A stretch of 64,000 bases of DNA from an uncultured Nitrososphaerales archaeon (GCA_963841565.1 CAWJCY010000006.1:128001-192000); one strand, 5' to 3'; shown: positions 30,372 through 40,959, counted from the stretch's first letter. The notes: generated by a model not told the origin, from the letters alone. Made by a program: numbers and translations.

Positions 30372-30920
30372 CAGGTCGTCACAATTTACAGATGGGCCTG
30401 CATTATTAAATGCTCCTCAATCTGTCACATTTTTGAAAGTGTAACCATGAATCTACCTTATTGAACTTAAACTCTATCAGGATGATTTTTAAATCAGGAG
30501 CCTCATTTTAGTGGGGGGATAGAAGGACTGATGACTTGGTTTAGGGATCCTTATGGTCACATAATTGAATCTAAAAATAAAACACACAGGCTAGTGTATT
30601 GTTTGTTGTGCCAGAAACTGGCAAGTAAATCAGACTGTATAAAATTAAGAGTTAGTAATAGGAATGGAAAATTATACGAGATTAAATCTTACAAATATAC
30701 CAAGGTATCCAAAATGAAGCGCCCTTACAAAGAAAAATCTGCCGAACTGCTAATGGGTTCAGCAAATGAGATTCAGGGAGTAATTGGAGAAACCAATTAG
30801 GAATTCGAATATGTTGTCGCTTTGTGTCATTTAATTAATGGCGATTCATGCCTTGATCTAGGATATAAAAAGAAACCGCTTCCGTGAGATCTTTTTTTAG
30901 GATGAGCATTACTGAATGTT

Positions 30921-31466
30921 GTGACTGCGGGAACAACTTATTTTAGATATTCTGGGACCTCCATACCCGAGACCGAAATCATATATCATATCATTTCAAG
31001 CATACTTGGATCTGTAGAAGAAGAAGAAATTGCTACAAATGACAGCCGAGTCCCTACGATAATAGAAATTCACTTCCCTGTTCTCTACGGTGACGATTTT
31101 TTTAATCTATTTGGCGCTGACAAATGGTACAAGTTAAGGAATGTTATTACAGAAATAAAAAAAAGAAGAGGTAAGGGTCAGATGCGAATTGTGTTTAGTT
31201 TCCCCGGAGTTTCTGGGGTACGCGGTGCTACCACCAGGCTCATCTTACAGACTTTAGAAACGGACTCCAAGAATGTTGAAAGAGCCATCGATAGGGTTCA
31301 AGTGTTAGTTGAGATAATTGAATCTCAAATGTCTAAGATGCCTGCAGAAGTACTTGAAATGACGTATTGTTATGAATCTACACACTCCAGGTGGCGTCCT
31401 GATTTCGCGAAAACAGATAAGAGAATTTACAAATACTCAAATGACATTTGGAAAATTAGTGCCTGA
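30921..31466 (+). CDS. Hypothetical protein
   Basis: 181-aa ORF with protein-like composition. Confidence 0.6.
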   Translation: MTAGTTYFRYSGTSIPETEIIYHIISSILGSVEEEEIATNDSRVPTIIEIHFPVLYGDDFFNLFGADKWYKLRNVITEIKKRRGKGQMRIVFSFPGVSGVRGATTRLILQTLETDSKNVERAIDRVQVLVEIIESQMSKMPAEVLEMTYCYESTHSRWRPDFAKTDKRIYKYSNDIWKISA

Positions 31467-31499
31467 ATTTTAGTATTTAACCGAATGTTCAACAACTTC

Positions 31500-31955
31500 T
31501 TAACCTATTTGGCCAATTACCGATGATTCATGTAAGGATTTGAGGAGATCGCGATACTTTCGGTCAATAAAATAAAGCGATTCGGATAATTTTTTCGATT
31601 TTCCATATTTGAATCTAACAAGCTCCCGATGCCGCCAAAGATGCTGACCTTCGGGAACTGAAAGAGTTGTAAAGTAATCAGGCCCCTTTAGGTTGTCCGG
31701 AAGCTTGATGCTCTGTGGTATGATATATTCGATGGTAAACCATTCATCGCCGTCCGGATAATCATTACCTGTAGCTATATCGAAATACAAGTGCAATACA
31801 TCTTCAATATTTAAGCCGCTCTCTTTGCTCAAAGGATGCTTTATAAATGACCTTCGGTAATCCATTTTTAGCAATTCTGGCTCAAAATAATTCCTTATTA
31901 TTGCAAATCTAAAGATTTCATTTGACTCTTTAATATTCAAAGCTAGTATAACCAA
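31500..31955 (-). CDS. Hypothetical protein (start possibly ATG near 31865)
   Basis: Globular-looking ORF (FDIATGNDYPDGDEWF, GPDYFTT, WRHREL). Confidence 0.65.
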   Translation of the reverse strand: MVILALNIKESNEIFRFAIIRNYFEPELLKMDYRRSFIKHPLSKESGLNIEDVLHLYFDIATGNDYPDGDEWFTIEYIIPQSIKLPDNLKGPDYFTTLSVPEGQHLWRHRELVRFKYGKSKKLSESLYFIDRKYRDLLKSLHESSVIGQIG

Positions 31956-32088
31956 GGATCTCCGTTTAATAACCTTTTTAACACGGTGTCAGCAGGTACG
32001 TGGCTTCCAATCGTCCGAACTATTTTTTGTTCCCGACACAGATGGTAATCAATATCAATATATTGCCTTCCCAAAATCTCCAATTTAG

Positions 32089-32172
32089 GCGGGGGTCGCC
32101 TAGCCTGGTAGGGCGTGGGATTGCTAATCCCATGTTCGCAAGAACTCGTGGGTTCGAATCCCACTCCCCGCG
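32089..32172 (+). tRNA. tRNA-Ser(GCT)
   Basis: GCGGGGG/TCCCCGC acceptor, anticodon stem TGGGA-TTGCTAA-TCCCA, long variable arm, GTGGG-TTCGAAT-CCCAC, discriminator G. Confidence 0.96.
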
Positions 32173-32695
32173 CTATTGCGGTTTGCATTATTGCAGTGCT
32201 TCCTAAGTCTTAACATGAAGTCTAAATCCATCCCCAGTCAAGATAGCAAAGGGCAAGGCATATTGAAAATTTCTTCCAAGGGATCACATAATTAGCTTAG
32301 GACCGGATGTAATCTCTTTAGAGCTTCTCTCATATACCATGGTATTTACTGATTGCTTTTGAAGGCCTTAAATTGGGTACATCGTTACATCTAATGGTAA
32401 CCCTATAGTTAGCATATACACTGAGCACCAGTAAGGTGATGATCGAATCTCACTGACTCCTTTGGAAGACAATTAACGTGAAGTCATTCTAATTTTATTG
32501 TTAGTCAATGTTTTTTTATTGTTAGTCAATGTTTTATTGTTGTTTACCTCGGTGCAGGTTTTTCATTGAGTTTCACCATAAGGATTTATAGGGCTTATAT
32601 GGGTGTATCCTGCAACAGTAATAGTACAGTCTCACTCCCTAAATATCGGGCATTGTTTAAATACTCAAACACTGCAATACAATTAACGAGAAGGG

Positions 32696-33289
32696 TTGAA
32701 AGCGAGCGGGCATATAGATCAAAGAGTCTATATTCCATATTGTACACTTGCTGGATTTATAGCTGTATGGGCCATCTCTGGACTCCTCGTTGTTGTTGAC
32801 CTAGTCTCTGGAACTCCTCCTGGAACATTCTTTGCCGTGATCGGAATTTCGTTAGGCTTCAACGATCCGACAGTTGCGCAATATGTAGGATTTGCCTTGC
32901 ACTTGTTAACTGGTACCGTAGCAGGAAACATATTTGGACAAGCATCAACATATTGGAGGTGGATAGCACCACGCAACTATCGTCATGGAATAATTACTGG
33001 ACTAATAGTAGGAGCCGCATTATGGGCAGTATTATTTGTACCGGTTACCACATTTGGAATACAGCCTAGGCTTGATTCATTTTCCAACTCGGCGCCAAAT
33101 CAATACGTCTATGATATCTCTAGTCATTTCCAATCATTGTACCCAGTTATTGTTGGTGGTTCATTAGTATTTCATCTTATCTACGGTTCTTTATTGGGAT
33201 TTATAGCTGGACGGATGAAAGAATTAGGAACCTTTCTAAAGAAAGACATTCATCGAGCGACCTTTCACCTGACTATGAGCACAGATTAA
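32696..33289 (+). CDS. Multi-pass membrane protein with intramembrane His residues
   Basis: 4 TMs; GFALHLLTG and FHLIYG..LG motifs. Confidence 0.75.
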   Translation: MKASGHIDQRVYIPYCTLAGFIAVWAISGLLVVVDLVSGTPPGTFFAVIGISLGFNDPTVAQYVGFALHLLTGTVAGNIFGQASTYWRWIAPRNYRHGIITGLIVGAALWAVLFVPVTTFGIQPRLDSFSNSAPNQYVYDISSHFQSLYPVIVGGSLVFHLIYGSLLGFIAGRMKELGTFLKKDIHRATFHLTMSTD

Positions 33290-33492
33290 CAATAACATTA
33301 CCATTGTCAGTGGTTCATTGAACACCCTACTAGCTGAATAAGAAGGATTTTTTCATTTATGACTGAATCAATTCTCGACCACTTTGCTATTTGTAGAACT
33401 AACGAATAATGTGGATATTGGCGTAGATTGATTGTCGTATGACATCGGATAGTGTAAGTAGATTAAATAGCATAAATTACTAGTAATCTGGA

Positions 33493-34215
33493 ATGCATTA
33501 CTGGGTGGGTTCACATTGTCTTGTCACGGATAGCGAGAAGGGTAATTCGAAGAAGATTAGATCCTTCTTCCCATTGGGAGTAATATCTGTCGCAGACAGA
33601 ATTACAATCGTTAGTGAGATGGTGAATAACATTCCCGACAAATCATGGATGCTCTATCTCTTGGAAATTTTTAACACGCAGGACATCGCATTAGAACTAA
33701 ACCTCATCTGCCAATTCGACGGTCAGGACTATTTTGAGGCGATATTTCGAGGAGTTAATCAGTATAGGTTCGTGCACGTTCTTCCAGTTATTGGTCACAC
33801 TTACAATCGCCAGATATTTCTTGGTTCTCAGAAACAAATAATCAGATACGCTTTGACAGATAAAGAAACTGGACAAAATGAAACCTACGACCTCTCTGCG
33901 AAGAATGTCGCTGGATTTGATTTTCGAGGCTCAAGACAATTCACAGGAATAGAATGGTGGAATAAAATGAAGAATTCACCATATCCAATAAAGTATGAAG
34001 TAGAAATTTCCCAGTTATTGTTTGGACTTAGTGATAATTCTTCCGATGCATATTCAACTACCTTCTATCCCTATAACGCCTTGCTGCCTAATGACGATGG
34101 CTCAAGGGCCTTGTATCCCGTTTCGATGCAAAACCTGAAAATCAAAGATGATGGGTGTATATCTTATCATATTACTTCTGGTAGCTGCGGTACAGGGATA
34201 CGCTACGGCTGCTGA
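33493..34215 (+). CDS. Hypothetical protein (beta-rich)
   Basis: 240-aa ATG ORF with TATA-like ttaaata about 25 nt upstream. Confidence 0.7.
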   Translation: MHYWVGSHCLVTDSEKGNSKKIRSFFPLGVISVADRITIVSEMVNNIPDKSWMLYLLEIFNTQDIALELNLICQFDGQDYFEAIFRGVNQYRFVHVLPVIGHTYNRQIFLGSQKQIIRYALTDKETGQNETYDLSAKNVAGFDFRGSRQFTGIEWWNKMKNSPYPIKYEVEISQLLFGLSDNSSDAYSTTFYPYNALLPNDDGSRALYPVSMQNLKIKDDGCISYHITSGSCGTGIRYGC

Positions 34216-34259
34216 TGATATCATACTGAGGTTCTATTTATAAGCGAACTTGACCCAGT

Positions 34260-34859
34260 TTACTCCATAAAGTCAAGACATACTACGTAAAGCTCGCTGC
34301 TTTCCTGTCTGCTGGCAGGAGGCTTGCTAAGCTTTACTAAAGCAAAGTGCTCCGCAAGCTCGTCTACAAAGGATCGTGTTGAAATACCCTGAAAAATCTT
34401 ATAAACAGCATTTCCGCCACCCTCGAGGATTTTTGTAGAGACATGTAGGGCATGCTTCGTAAGAGAAATTTGTCTTTCATGATCAATTTCCCAAATTCCA
34501 CTTACGTTGGGTGACATGTCACTAAGCACAACATCAAATTTTTCACCAGGGCCAATAGTTTGGAGAAGAATTTGAGTTAGTTGCGGATCGTCTATACTTC
34601 CCTGGATAAATCTTGTGCCCGCCAACGGACTTATTTCCTTAAGATCCATTCCCAAAACAAAACCGGATTGACCGACTAATTGACTTACCACCTGAATCCA
34701 CCCCCCTGGTGCGCAACCAAATTCAACCACTTTATCAGATTTCTTGATTATTTTGTAAGACTTGTTGAGCTGAAGGAGTTTGAAGGCAGCCCTACTACGA
34801 TATCCTTTCTGTTTTGCTAATTTCCTATATTGATCTTTCTTGGCTTTGGTCAGCTTCAT
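34260..34859 (-). CDS. rlmE: 23S rRNA 2'-O-methyltransferase RlmE/FtsJ
   Basis: YRSRAAFKL, GCAPGGW, DVVLSDMSPN.SG, KP.ASR.ESSE.Y. Confidence 0.95.
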   Translation of the reverse strand: MKLTKAKKDQYRKLAKQKGYRSRAAFKLLQLNKSYKIIKKSDKVVEFGCAPGGWIQVVSQLVGQSGFVLGMDLKEISPLAGTRFIQGSIDDPQLTQILLQTIGPGEKFDVVLSDMSPNVSGIWEIDHERQISLTKHALHVSTKILEGGGNAVYKIFQGISTRSFVDELAEHFALVKLSKPPASRQESSELYVVCLDFME

Positions 34860-35284
34860 TATATTATGATGTTAGAGAATCAAAGCATGTACAAGAATAT
34901 AATTGATGCTGTCCCAAAGATGTAAAAACATGACAATACATGATACAGTTAAAGCAATCAAAAGTAGAAAGCGTTTGTTTACCTAATCCGACAGATTGGT
35001 CTCTCCAACGGTAATCTTATTAATCAATATTAAGTCGTTGTGATGCAGATTCAATACTGAACTAATAGTACCCAAGTCAACTACATTACTTGAATGCATT
35101 AACCTAACGAACTCAACCTAAAAATCTGGTTCGGCATTAAACATCTAAAAATCATGAATGCAGGATTCACCAAACAGATTTGAAATGCTTGAATGAAAAG
35201 AGTACGCCGCTATCTTGGAGAAAAATATCAAAATTACACCATAGTGAATTATGTGTCATCTAAGCCGATTATTCAGCTATAATC

Positions 35285-35590
35285 TCAAACGTTATTAAGA
35301 TAACCATCCTGTTGTAATTTCTCCGCATGCGCTCTAATATACCTCCATACTACGTCTGCTTTTGACGCTTGAAAATCCCATGGAGCTACCAAAACAACAT
35401 CATTATCTCTAATCCACATTCTTCTCTTTATTTTTCCACTAATACGACATACTCTTACCTGTCCATCTGTACACTTGACGACCACATTGTCTCCACCTAC
35501 GAGCTTAATAACCCTGCCCAGTAACTGTCCATCCTGTGGAAGAACCAATTCCTTCAAATGAGATTCGCTCAGTACTTTCCTTTTGCCTAT
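35285..35590 (-). CDS. eif1a: Translation initiation factor aIF-1A; probable ATA start
   Basis: GRV..LVGG...V.C.DG..R.CRI.GK..RR.WI...D.VLV.PWDFQ..KAD; GKRKV N-terminus begins at ATA 35588-35590 with an in-frame TAG 4 codons upstream. Confidence 0.93.
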   Translation of the reverse strand: MGKRKVLSESHLKELVLPQDGQLLGRVIKLVGGDNVVVKCTDGQVRVCRISGKIKRRMWIRDNDVVLVAPWDFQASKADVVWRYIRAHAEKLQQDGYLNNV

Positions 35591-36189
35591 TTTTAAGACC
35601 TACCTATATTACCCCGGCGAACATGTAATAAAAACGTATCATTTAAGGGAAAAGCATATCAGGTTTGGGATAAAACTTGGCTATAGAAAGAATTGCCGAC
35701 TATTACTTTTAATAAGAGATATCCTGTTCTGGTAATAATACTGAGCTAATTTATTTACGGAAAATAGTAATAAAAATACATTGACTGTATTGCTTCAACC
35801 TCCTTAGTAATGACTCTATAAATACCTTGTAAGAAGTCTCATGTTTTAAAGTAATGTGTATACCAAGATTTCTTCCTACATCCTCAAAGACCGCCGCAAT
35901 GGATAGCAGTCTAGATATTCTATATTTCCTATAGACAATAAGCTAGATAAAAAAATTGTATATAGAAAAAAGTATCGATTGTATTTTTCATTCTATTTAT
36001 TTTAAGAAACAATTTAGAAACGGTCAAAATATCTCGAACGCCTCTAACTCTTGTGAATCTCATTTTGCACCAAATTATTTCTGCATCTATTCTCACAACC
36101 GGCGTGATATAATTTCAAAGATCGTTACTGCATATTGCACCCTTACTTCCATTGTTTCACCTTAGCTGTAAAATATTACAGCGATCTAG

Positions 36190-36459
36190 TTAATCTTCCA
36201 CTTTCATATTGTCCATTGGTATCATTCTTTCCATACCACTATAAAGCTCTAGATATCTTTCGCCTTTATGAGTTATCTGATATGTTTTTCTATCTTCATC
36301 ATATTTCACAAGCCCATTATCTAACAATTCTGCAAGATATTCCCTCAATTGATTGGTTGACAAATACGCTTTAAACATGATCTTCGTCTTACTCGTCCCT
36401 CTACCTTGAGCAGCTTCCAAGATCATCGCAATAATGTCATTTCTAGCCCTATTCTTCAC
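36190..36459 (-). CDS. Winged-helix transcriptional regulator (HTH_45 type)
   Basis: R.R.DIIA.IL.AA...KTKIMFKAYLS..QL.EYL..L...GL. Confidence 0.85.
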   Translation of the reverse strand: MKNRARNDIIAMILEAAQGRGTSKTKIMFKAYLSTNQLREYLAELLDNGLVKYDEDRKTYQITHKGERYLELYSGMERMIPMDNMKVED

Positions 36460-37039
36460 TGCAATTCCCTAAACTATATTCACGCAATATATTTATGGAG
36501 GACTAATGCATCATCTAAAAATAAAATAGGTACGAATTCTACTATCAACTAATTAAACGTGGGTAATTAAAGATTATCACCTAACATTTATTGTTTTATG
36601 GATTTTGCCTTAATAATTTGGATCCGCCAATACTTTCTTCAATATGGAATCCAATAATCCCAAAATCCGAATCAGTGCTCATCTTAATAGAGCGCGGGAG
36701 TTCTGCAGGTCTAATGTTTTGAGCAGATGTGGGGGTAGTAACTAGTACAATATGGATCCTATCTGTCCTTTAATGGTACAATAGATGATTTCGAATCGAA
36801 TTTGCTATCCTTAGAGCATCCGGATGCACTAGGCTCCAGACTATTTCAATTTCCAGTCCTAGTGAACTGATTGACCAACTAACTAGTGAATCATAAATTA
36901 TTTGGCAGCAAGCAACATTATCTCTTCGTGATAGTTTAGTATTCCCCATAATGATATAGGTCCTGAGATTGGTAACTCTGTAGTCCATATAAAAGTGTAG
37001 AGGCAACCTATAAATGACGAATAGTAGATGTTCAATTGA

Positions 37040-37612
37040 ATGCCACAGCCTCACTTCACAGATGGAAATCTCATTATTCTCTTTGGTGTACATACTGAGG
37101 GCGAGGCAGCTGAAACTGTTCCAAATTATGTCGAAGAACGAATAAAAGTCTGTGTTGATTTGTATCGTATTGTTACGACTTCTAAGCCTGATCGTAACAA
37201 TACGCTGATACTAGTCGTTGTGGACACCAGCACTGGCTTGGCCATAAAAAAGATGCTAGTTGAAGGTGGAATTAAAGAAGATCTAATATTATTTGCTGAC
37301 TCGCCTAGGACCGTCGAGCAATCATTTGATTATGTGCTCAGATTCATAAAAAAGCGGGCGAATCCCCCGTATATGTACTTCGTTGGATCGGTGTGGCAAA
37401 AGGATATTTATGATTCCGCCATTCTTTCACAAATGAAAGATTATCAGGTAAGATTTGAAGGTGCTCCAGACCACAGACCAGTGGATAGTGTCGCCAGAGA
37501 AAAAGCACTGAACACACCAACAAGAGGTATTGGATATTACAAAGACAAACTAAAGAATAAAGCCGTCGACATGGTTATCAACTACGTATTTCCCGATGAT
37601 AAGAATAAGTAG
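37040..37612 (+). CDS. Hypothetical protein, weakly YdcF/DUF218-like
   Basis: IILFG...ERI...DLY, IKKMLVEGGIKEDLILFADSPRTVEQ pattern. Confidence 0.6.
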   Translation: MPQPHFTDGNLIILFGVHTEGEAAETVPNYVEERIKVCVDLYRIVTTSKPDRNNTLILVVVDTSTGLAIKKMLVEGGIKEDLILFADSPRTVEQSFDYVLRFIKKRANPPYMYFVGSVWQKDIYDSAILSQMKDYQVRFEGAPDHRPVDSVAREKALNTPTRGIGYYKDKLKNKAVDMVINYVFPDDKNK

Positions 37613-37707
37613 GGTGTCGTCGCTAGACCAGTTTATTCTCGTTCACCGGCCACAACTTGGGCGGGATTGAATTATCAAGACTGTTTGCTGATGTCATTTC
37701 GTTTCTG

Positions 37708-38214
37708 ATGTCTATAGTTATCCTCTTTTGTGGCTTGCCCGGAGTAGGCAAGACGACTCTCGCTAGGTCAGTAGCATCGAGAACAGGGGCTACCATATTA
37801 TCTTCTGACAAGATACGGAAAGAGCTAATAAAATATCCTACCTATACAAGGGCTGAAGGTCGTTTAATATATGAAGTGTTGATGTTATTGACTAAATATT
37901 TGACTGACGTCGGAATCGACTGTATCGTTGACGCAACATTTAACAGAGAACGATCTAGAAAGGAAGTTGGAAATAGGCTTTGTTCAAACAATGTGCAGCT
38001 GTATGTGATTGAATGCACTTGTCCAGAAGAGGTTGTACTAGAACGATTGAGAAATAGGAAAAATGACTTCTCTGATGCAGGTTATTCAGTTTATTCCAAA
38101 ATGAAGAGCATATATGAACCTGTCCGGGGACGGCATCTAGGTATAGATACTAGCCTACCATGTGAGGTAAACCTGCAAAAGATTCTATCGTATGTATTTG
38201 ACGCAGTACAGTGA
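37708..38214 (+). CDS. AAA_33-type P-loop kinase
   Basis: GLPGVGKTT, SSDKIRKEL, IVDATF, RL..R...SDA. Confidence 0.88.
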   Translation: MSIVILFCGLPGVGKTTLARSVASRTGATILSSDKIRKELIKYPTYTRAEGRLIYEVLMLLTKYLTDVGIDCIVDATFNRERSRKEVGNRLCSNNVQLYVIECTCPEEVVLERLRNRKNDFSDAGYSVYSKMKSIYEPVRGRHLGIDTSLPCEVNLQKILSYVFDAVQ

Positions 38215-38501
38215 TAGAAAAACTTCTAGGAATTTTCTTCATTATCGTCGGAAAGCATACCAGTACTTGATATATACCTGGGCAATAAAACTAGAAGAGA
38301 TTACGGAATTATACTGGGTCTTTAGTTCGTGGGTCACTAAATTCTCCTATTTGTTGTCACCGAGTGAATTGACTCATCCTTAATGTTTTCTGGTCCAAAA
38401 GGCGGATATCTTAGCCAATGACACATCAACAAATGATGGGTCAACACCCCCCAGTAAAGTGAAGTGAAGAAGATAACAGAAATAGAAAACTAGGCTTGAT
38501 T

Positions 38502-39006
38502 TTAATCTATTTCGAGGTCCCTTTCTTTGAGTTCTTGGTCATCCAGTTTCTTGAGCTCAGAAACGAGAAATTCTCGATATTTACCCTTTTCCTGTTCCGT
38601 CATCTTATCCAAGTTTGAGCTAAGAGCAGTGCCTATGGCAGAAGCTCTATCGATAAGGTCCAATGCCATAAATTTGCCTACATTTCCGAAGCGCAACATT
38701 ACATCTAACTGCTTTTGTATTATGTTATTTATCGACTCTACGTCCGAAGCCATTTCTAGCCCCTTCAAAGTTATTCTGTACCTACCATTTTCTGCCTCTT
38801 CAATTAGTCCTTCTTCCAATAGCCTACCTAGCATTGGATAGATAAGGCCAGGGGAAGGCCTCCACTTTCCATCGCTCTGGAGGACTGCCCTGTCAATAAT
38901 TTCTTTTCCAGTCATAGGAGCATCCTTAAGCAAATTTAATACATAATGTCTCGAGAAACCACGAGGAATCGAGTCTGCCTACCCTAGAAATCCAATTCGA
39001 TAGCAT
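38502..39006 (-). CDS. PadR-family transcriptional regulator, frameshifted near 38974
   Basis: W.PSPG.IYP.L.RL.EEGLI motif; ATG 39006 gives MLSNWISRVG, which joins SIPRGFSRHYVL if one base is removed (span 505 nt = 3n+1). Confidence 0.85.
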
Positions 39007-39099
39007 ATCACTAGTAATATCGCTAGAGACATATTTAAGCCTTATGAGTCATGGTTCTATTAACTTCATGGGCCCTACAACAGGCTGTTAACTGTCGGG

Positions 39100-39849
39100 T
39101 CATGAAGACAATTTACGAGTTTGTCTCTCATGTCTTCTGAACATCTTAAATGCATCTTTTTTTATCTCTGCGAATAATTCCGGCTTGTTATCAGGTCTGA
39201 CCTCATAGTCGACTTTTTTTCCATCTTTTCTCTCATCATCTGGTATGAACCATATATGCGGTGGATTTTTCTCTATTCCGACAGCAGAATGGAGTTTATT
39301 ATCTTCGATATGTTTGATGATAAAATAGCCTAATACTGCAACCTCTTTCATGGTGATTTCGGGGTACCAGAGTTTGTCTAGAAATTCTCTGGCAAAAATT
39401 CCACCAATACCAAGAGTATGAAATCCATCTATCAGGCGTTTTACCCCAGCGCCCATAATCCACGTTAGTGTAGACGGCTTATCTGGATGTCTAATAGCAA
39501 CGAGCAACTCCAAATAGTATTTTTTCATAAAATCGCGTTTTTTATTTATGTCTAGGACTATATCGCTCAGCATGAGAATAATGTTGTCGTAAGTTATTTC
39601 ATGATGATTTTCATTGTCATTCGCAATCATTTCTCGGATGCTCTTTCTGACCTGTTCAACTACATTCTCTCGGAATAGCTCGAATGAATCTGTAGAACCA
39701 GATGAACCAAAGATTACGCCATCCAAAATACCAAATAACTTATTCCTGTAATCAAAACTTATGGATTCATACTCGTTAGTGGACGTGATTTTCATATCTG
39801 CTACTAAAACAACTCCGTCTTTACAGCGTGAACCGAGAACAAATGTCAT
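39100..39849 (-). CDS. Stand-alone proteasome-beta-like Ntn hydrolase
   Basis: M-T-FVLGSRCKDGVVLVADMKIT, NKLF, IFGSSG, TLGIGG; Thr would be N-terminal after Met removal. Confidence 0.78.
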   Translation of the reverse strand: MTFVLGSRCKDGVVLVADMKITSTNEYESISFDYRNKLFGILDGVIFGSSGSTDSFELFRENVVEQVRKSIREMIANDNENHHEITYDNIILMLSDIVLDINKKRDFMKKYYLELLVAIRHPDKPSTLTWIMGAGVKRLIDGFHTLGIGGIFAREFLDKLWYPEITMKEVAVLGYFIIKHIEDNKLHSAVGIEKNPPHIWFIPDDERKDGKKVDYEVRPDNKPELFAEIKKDAFKMFRRHERQTRKLSS

Positions 39850-39889
39850 CTTATACGGATGAGTAAGATATTGCGTCAGTGTATATTCA

Positions 39890-40125
39890 TTACTGGTTAA
39901 CATTTTCGCGAAGTTTAGATGCGTTTTCGATTAGAGTTACCCATTTATTATCACCCTCAATCTTCACTCCGCATTTCTCAGCTGGCGTCGCATTTCCAAT
40001 GCCTTCATGCGGCCTGAAATAGTTGTGATACATTTGGTAGCCAGGTAGAACAGATGTATTCATCTTTTTCAATCCCCTCATAACTTTCTCACGGTCGCGA
40101 ACTTCACCGTTCAATCTTAACATAT
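39890..40125 (-). mobile_element. C-terminal remnant of a DDE (IS6-like) transposase
   Basis: RLNGEVRDREKVMRGLKK...YHNYFRPHEG...TPAEKCG..IEGDNKW.TLI; N-terminal catalytic region absent. Confidence 0.8.
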
Positions 40126-40290
40126 AATCAATGTTCTGGTCCGTATATTCCATTACGCCCTCGATATTTCGTACTATGCACTATGTTATTGAATACTGAA
40201 ATTGAATGCCCAACAGACAGCTATTATTGTCCAAATTGTGCATTGCATCATGGTCGGTCCCTTAAATAGTAGACTGGCAGGATACTGGGC

Positions 40291-40959
40291 GTGCTCTTCG
40301 GTTCTAAAACTAAGAGAGTAATAAATATCGACGCGGAACCTAAAGTTACAACAATACCGATCAAGGACGAAGATGAATTGTACAGAATCACAGAGATAAG
40401 TAGTATGTTAGACATAAATGAAAAAATCCTGTTAGTTATAACCCAGAGCAAGGTAAGACTAGTTGGTCTACCAATCAATTCTTACGTTATTTATGCTACT
40501 GACAGGAGAATAATTATCCGAGATATCTCATTACATGGATTAAAGGAAGACACCATTGGAATACCATACTCAATAATTACCGACATCAACTACAAGGAAG
40601 GATTTATTTCCGCTTGCATCAGGTTGACAGTGAATCGAATTCAAGGTGACCATGAATCAACTGCACTTGATCAGTACGGAACAACCAGGAACGGGTTTGA
40701 ATGGATAATTGAGCATATTCCTAAGAGTAAGGCCATTTTCCTAGTCAAAATAGTCAGAGCCATGATAAGTAAATGGGAGTTCCTGTCGGAAGAGCATCAA
40801 TCGGTCACCGATGCAAATGAACATATTGTTGTCCCATCCCCTATACTGGATTCACCAGCCGATGAGCTCTTCAAGATAGCTAGACTGAAAAGCGAAGGTG
40901 TAATAAATGAACAAGAATTCGCTCGGCTAAAGCAAAATATAATAGAACGTATTCACTGA
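40291..40959 (+). CDS. Bacterial-PH-domain protein with C-terminal SHOCT
   Basis: IYATDRRIII...IPYS.ITDI; ADEL.KIA.L...GVINEQEF...K..I. Confidence 0.85.
   Translation: MLFGSKTKRVINIDAEPKVTTIPIKDEDELYRITEISSMLDINEKILLVITQSKVRLVGLPINSYVIYATDRRIIIRDISLHGLKEDTIGIPYSIITDINYKEGFISACIRLTVNRIQGDHESTALDQYGTTRNGFEWIIEHIPKSKAIFLVKIVRAMISKWEFLSEEHQSVTDANEHIVVPSPILDSPADELFKIARLKSEGVINEQEFARLKQNIIERIH

Noticed and set aside
30505-30570. CTGATGA motif as hammerhead ribozyme or C/D box RNA
   Set aside because: No GAAA core or convincing stems, and no well-spaced downstream D box.
30531-30800. 89-aa ORF
   Set aside because: No recognisable motif and only one CxxC; not enough support to call.
32493-32541. 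Short duplication of ttttattgttagtcaatg
   Set aside because: About 2.5 AT-rich copies, consistent with slippage; no functional evidence.
32173-34215. Element integrated at tRNA-Ser
   Set aside because: No integrase and no duplicated tRNA 3' end seen.
38419-38443. Hairpins tgacacatca-N5-tgatgggtca, and taggcca...tggccta at 44230-44256
   Set aside because: Single short inverted repeats downstream of genes; could be terminators or chance, so not called.
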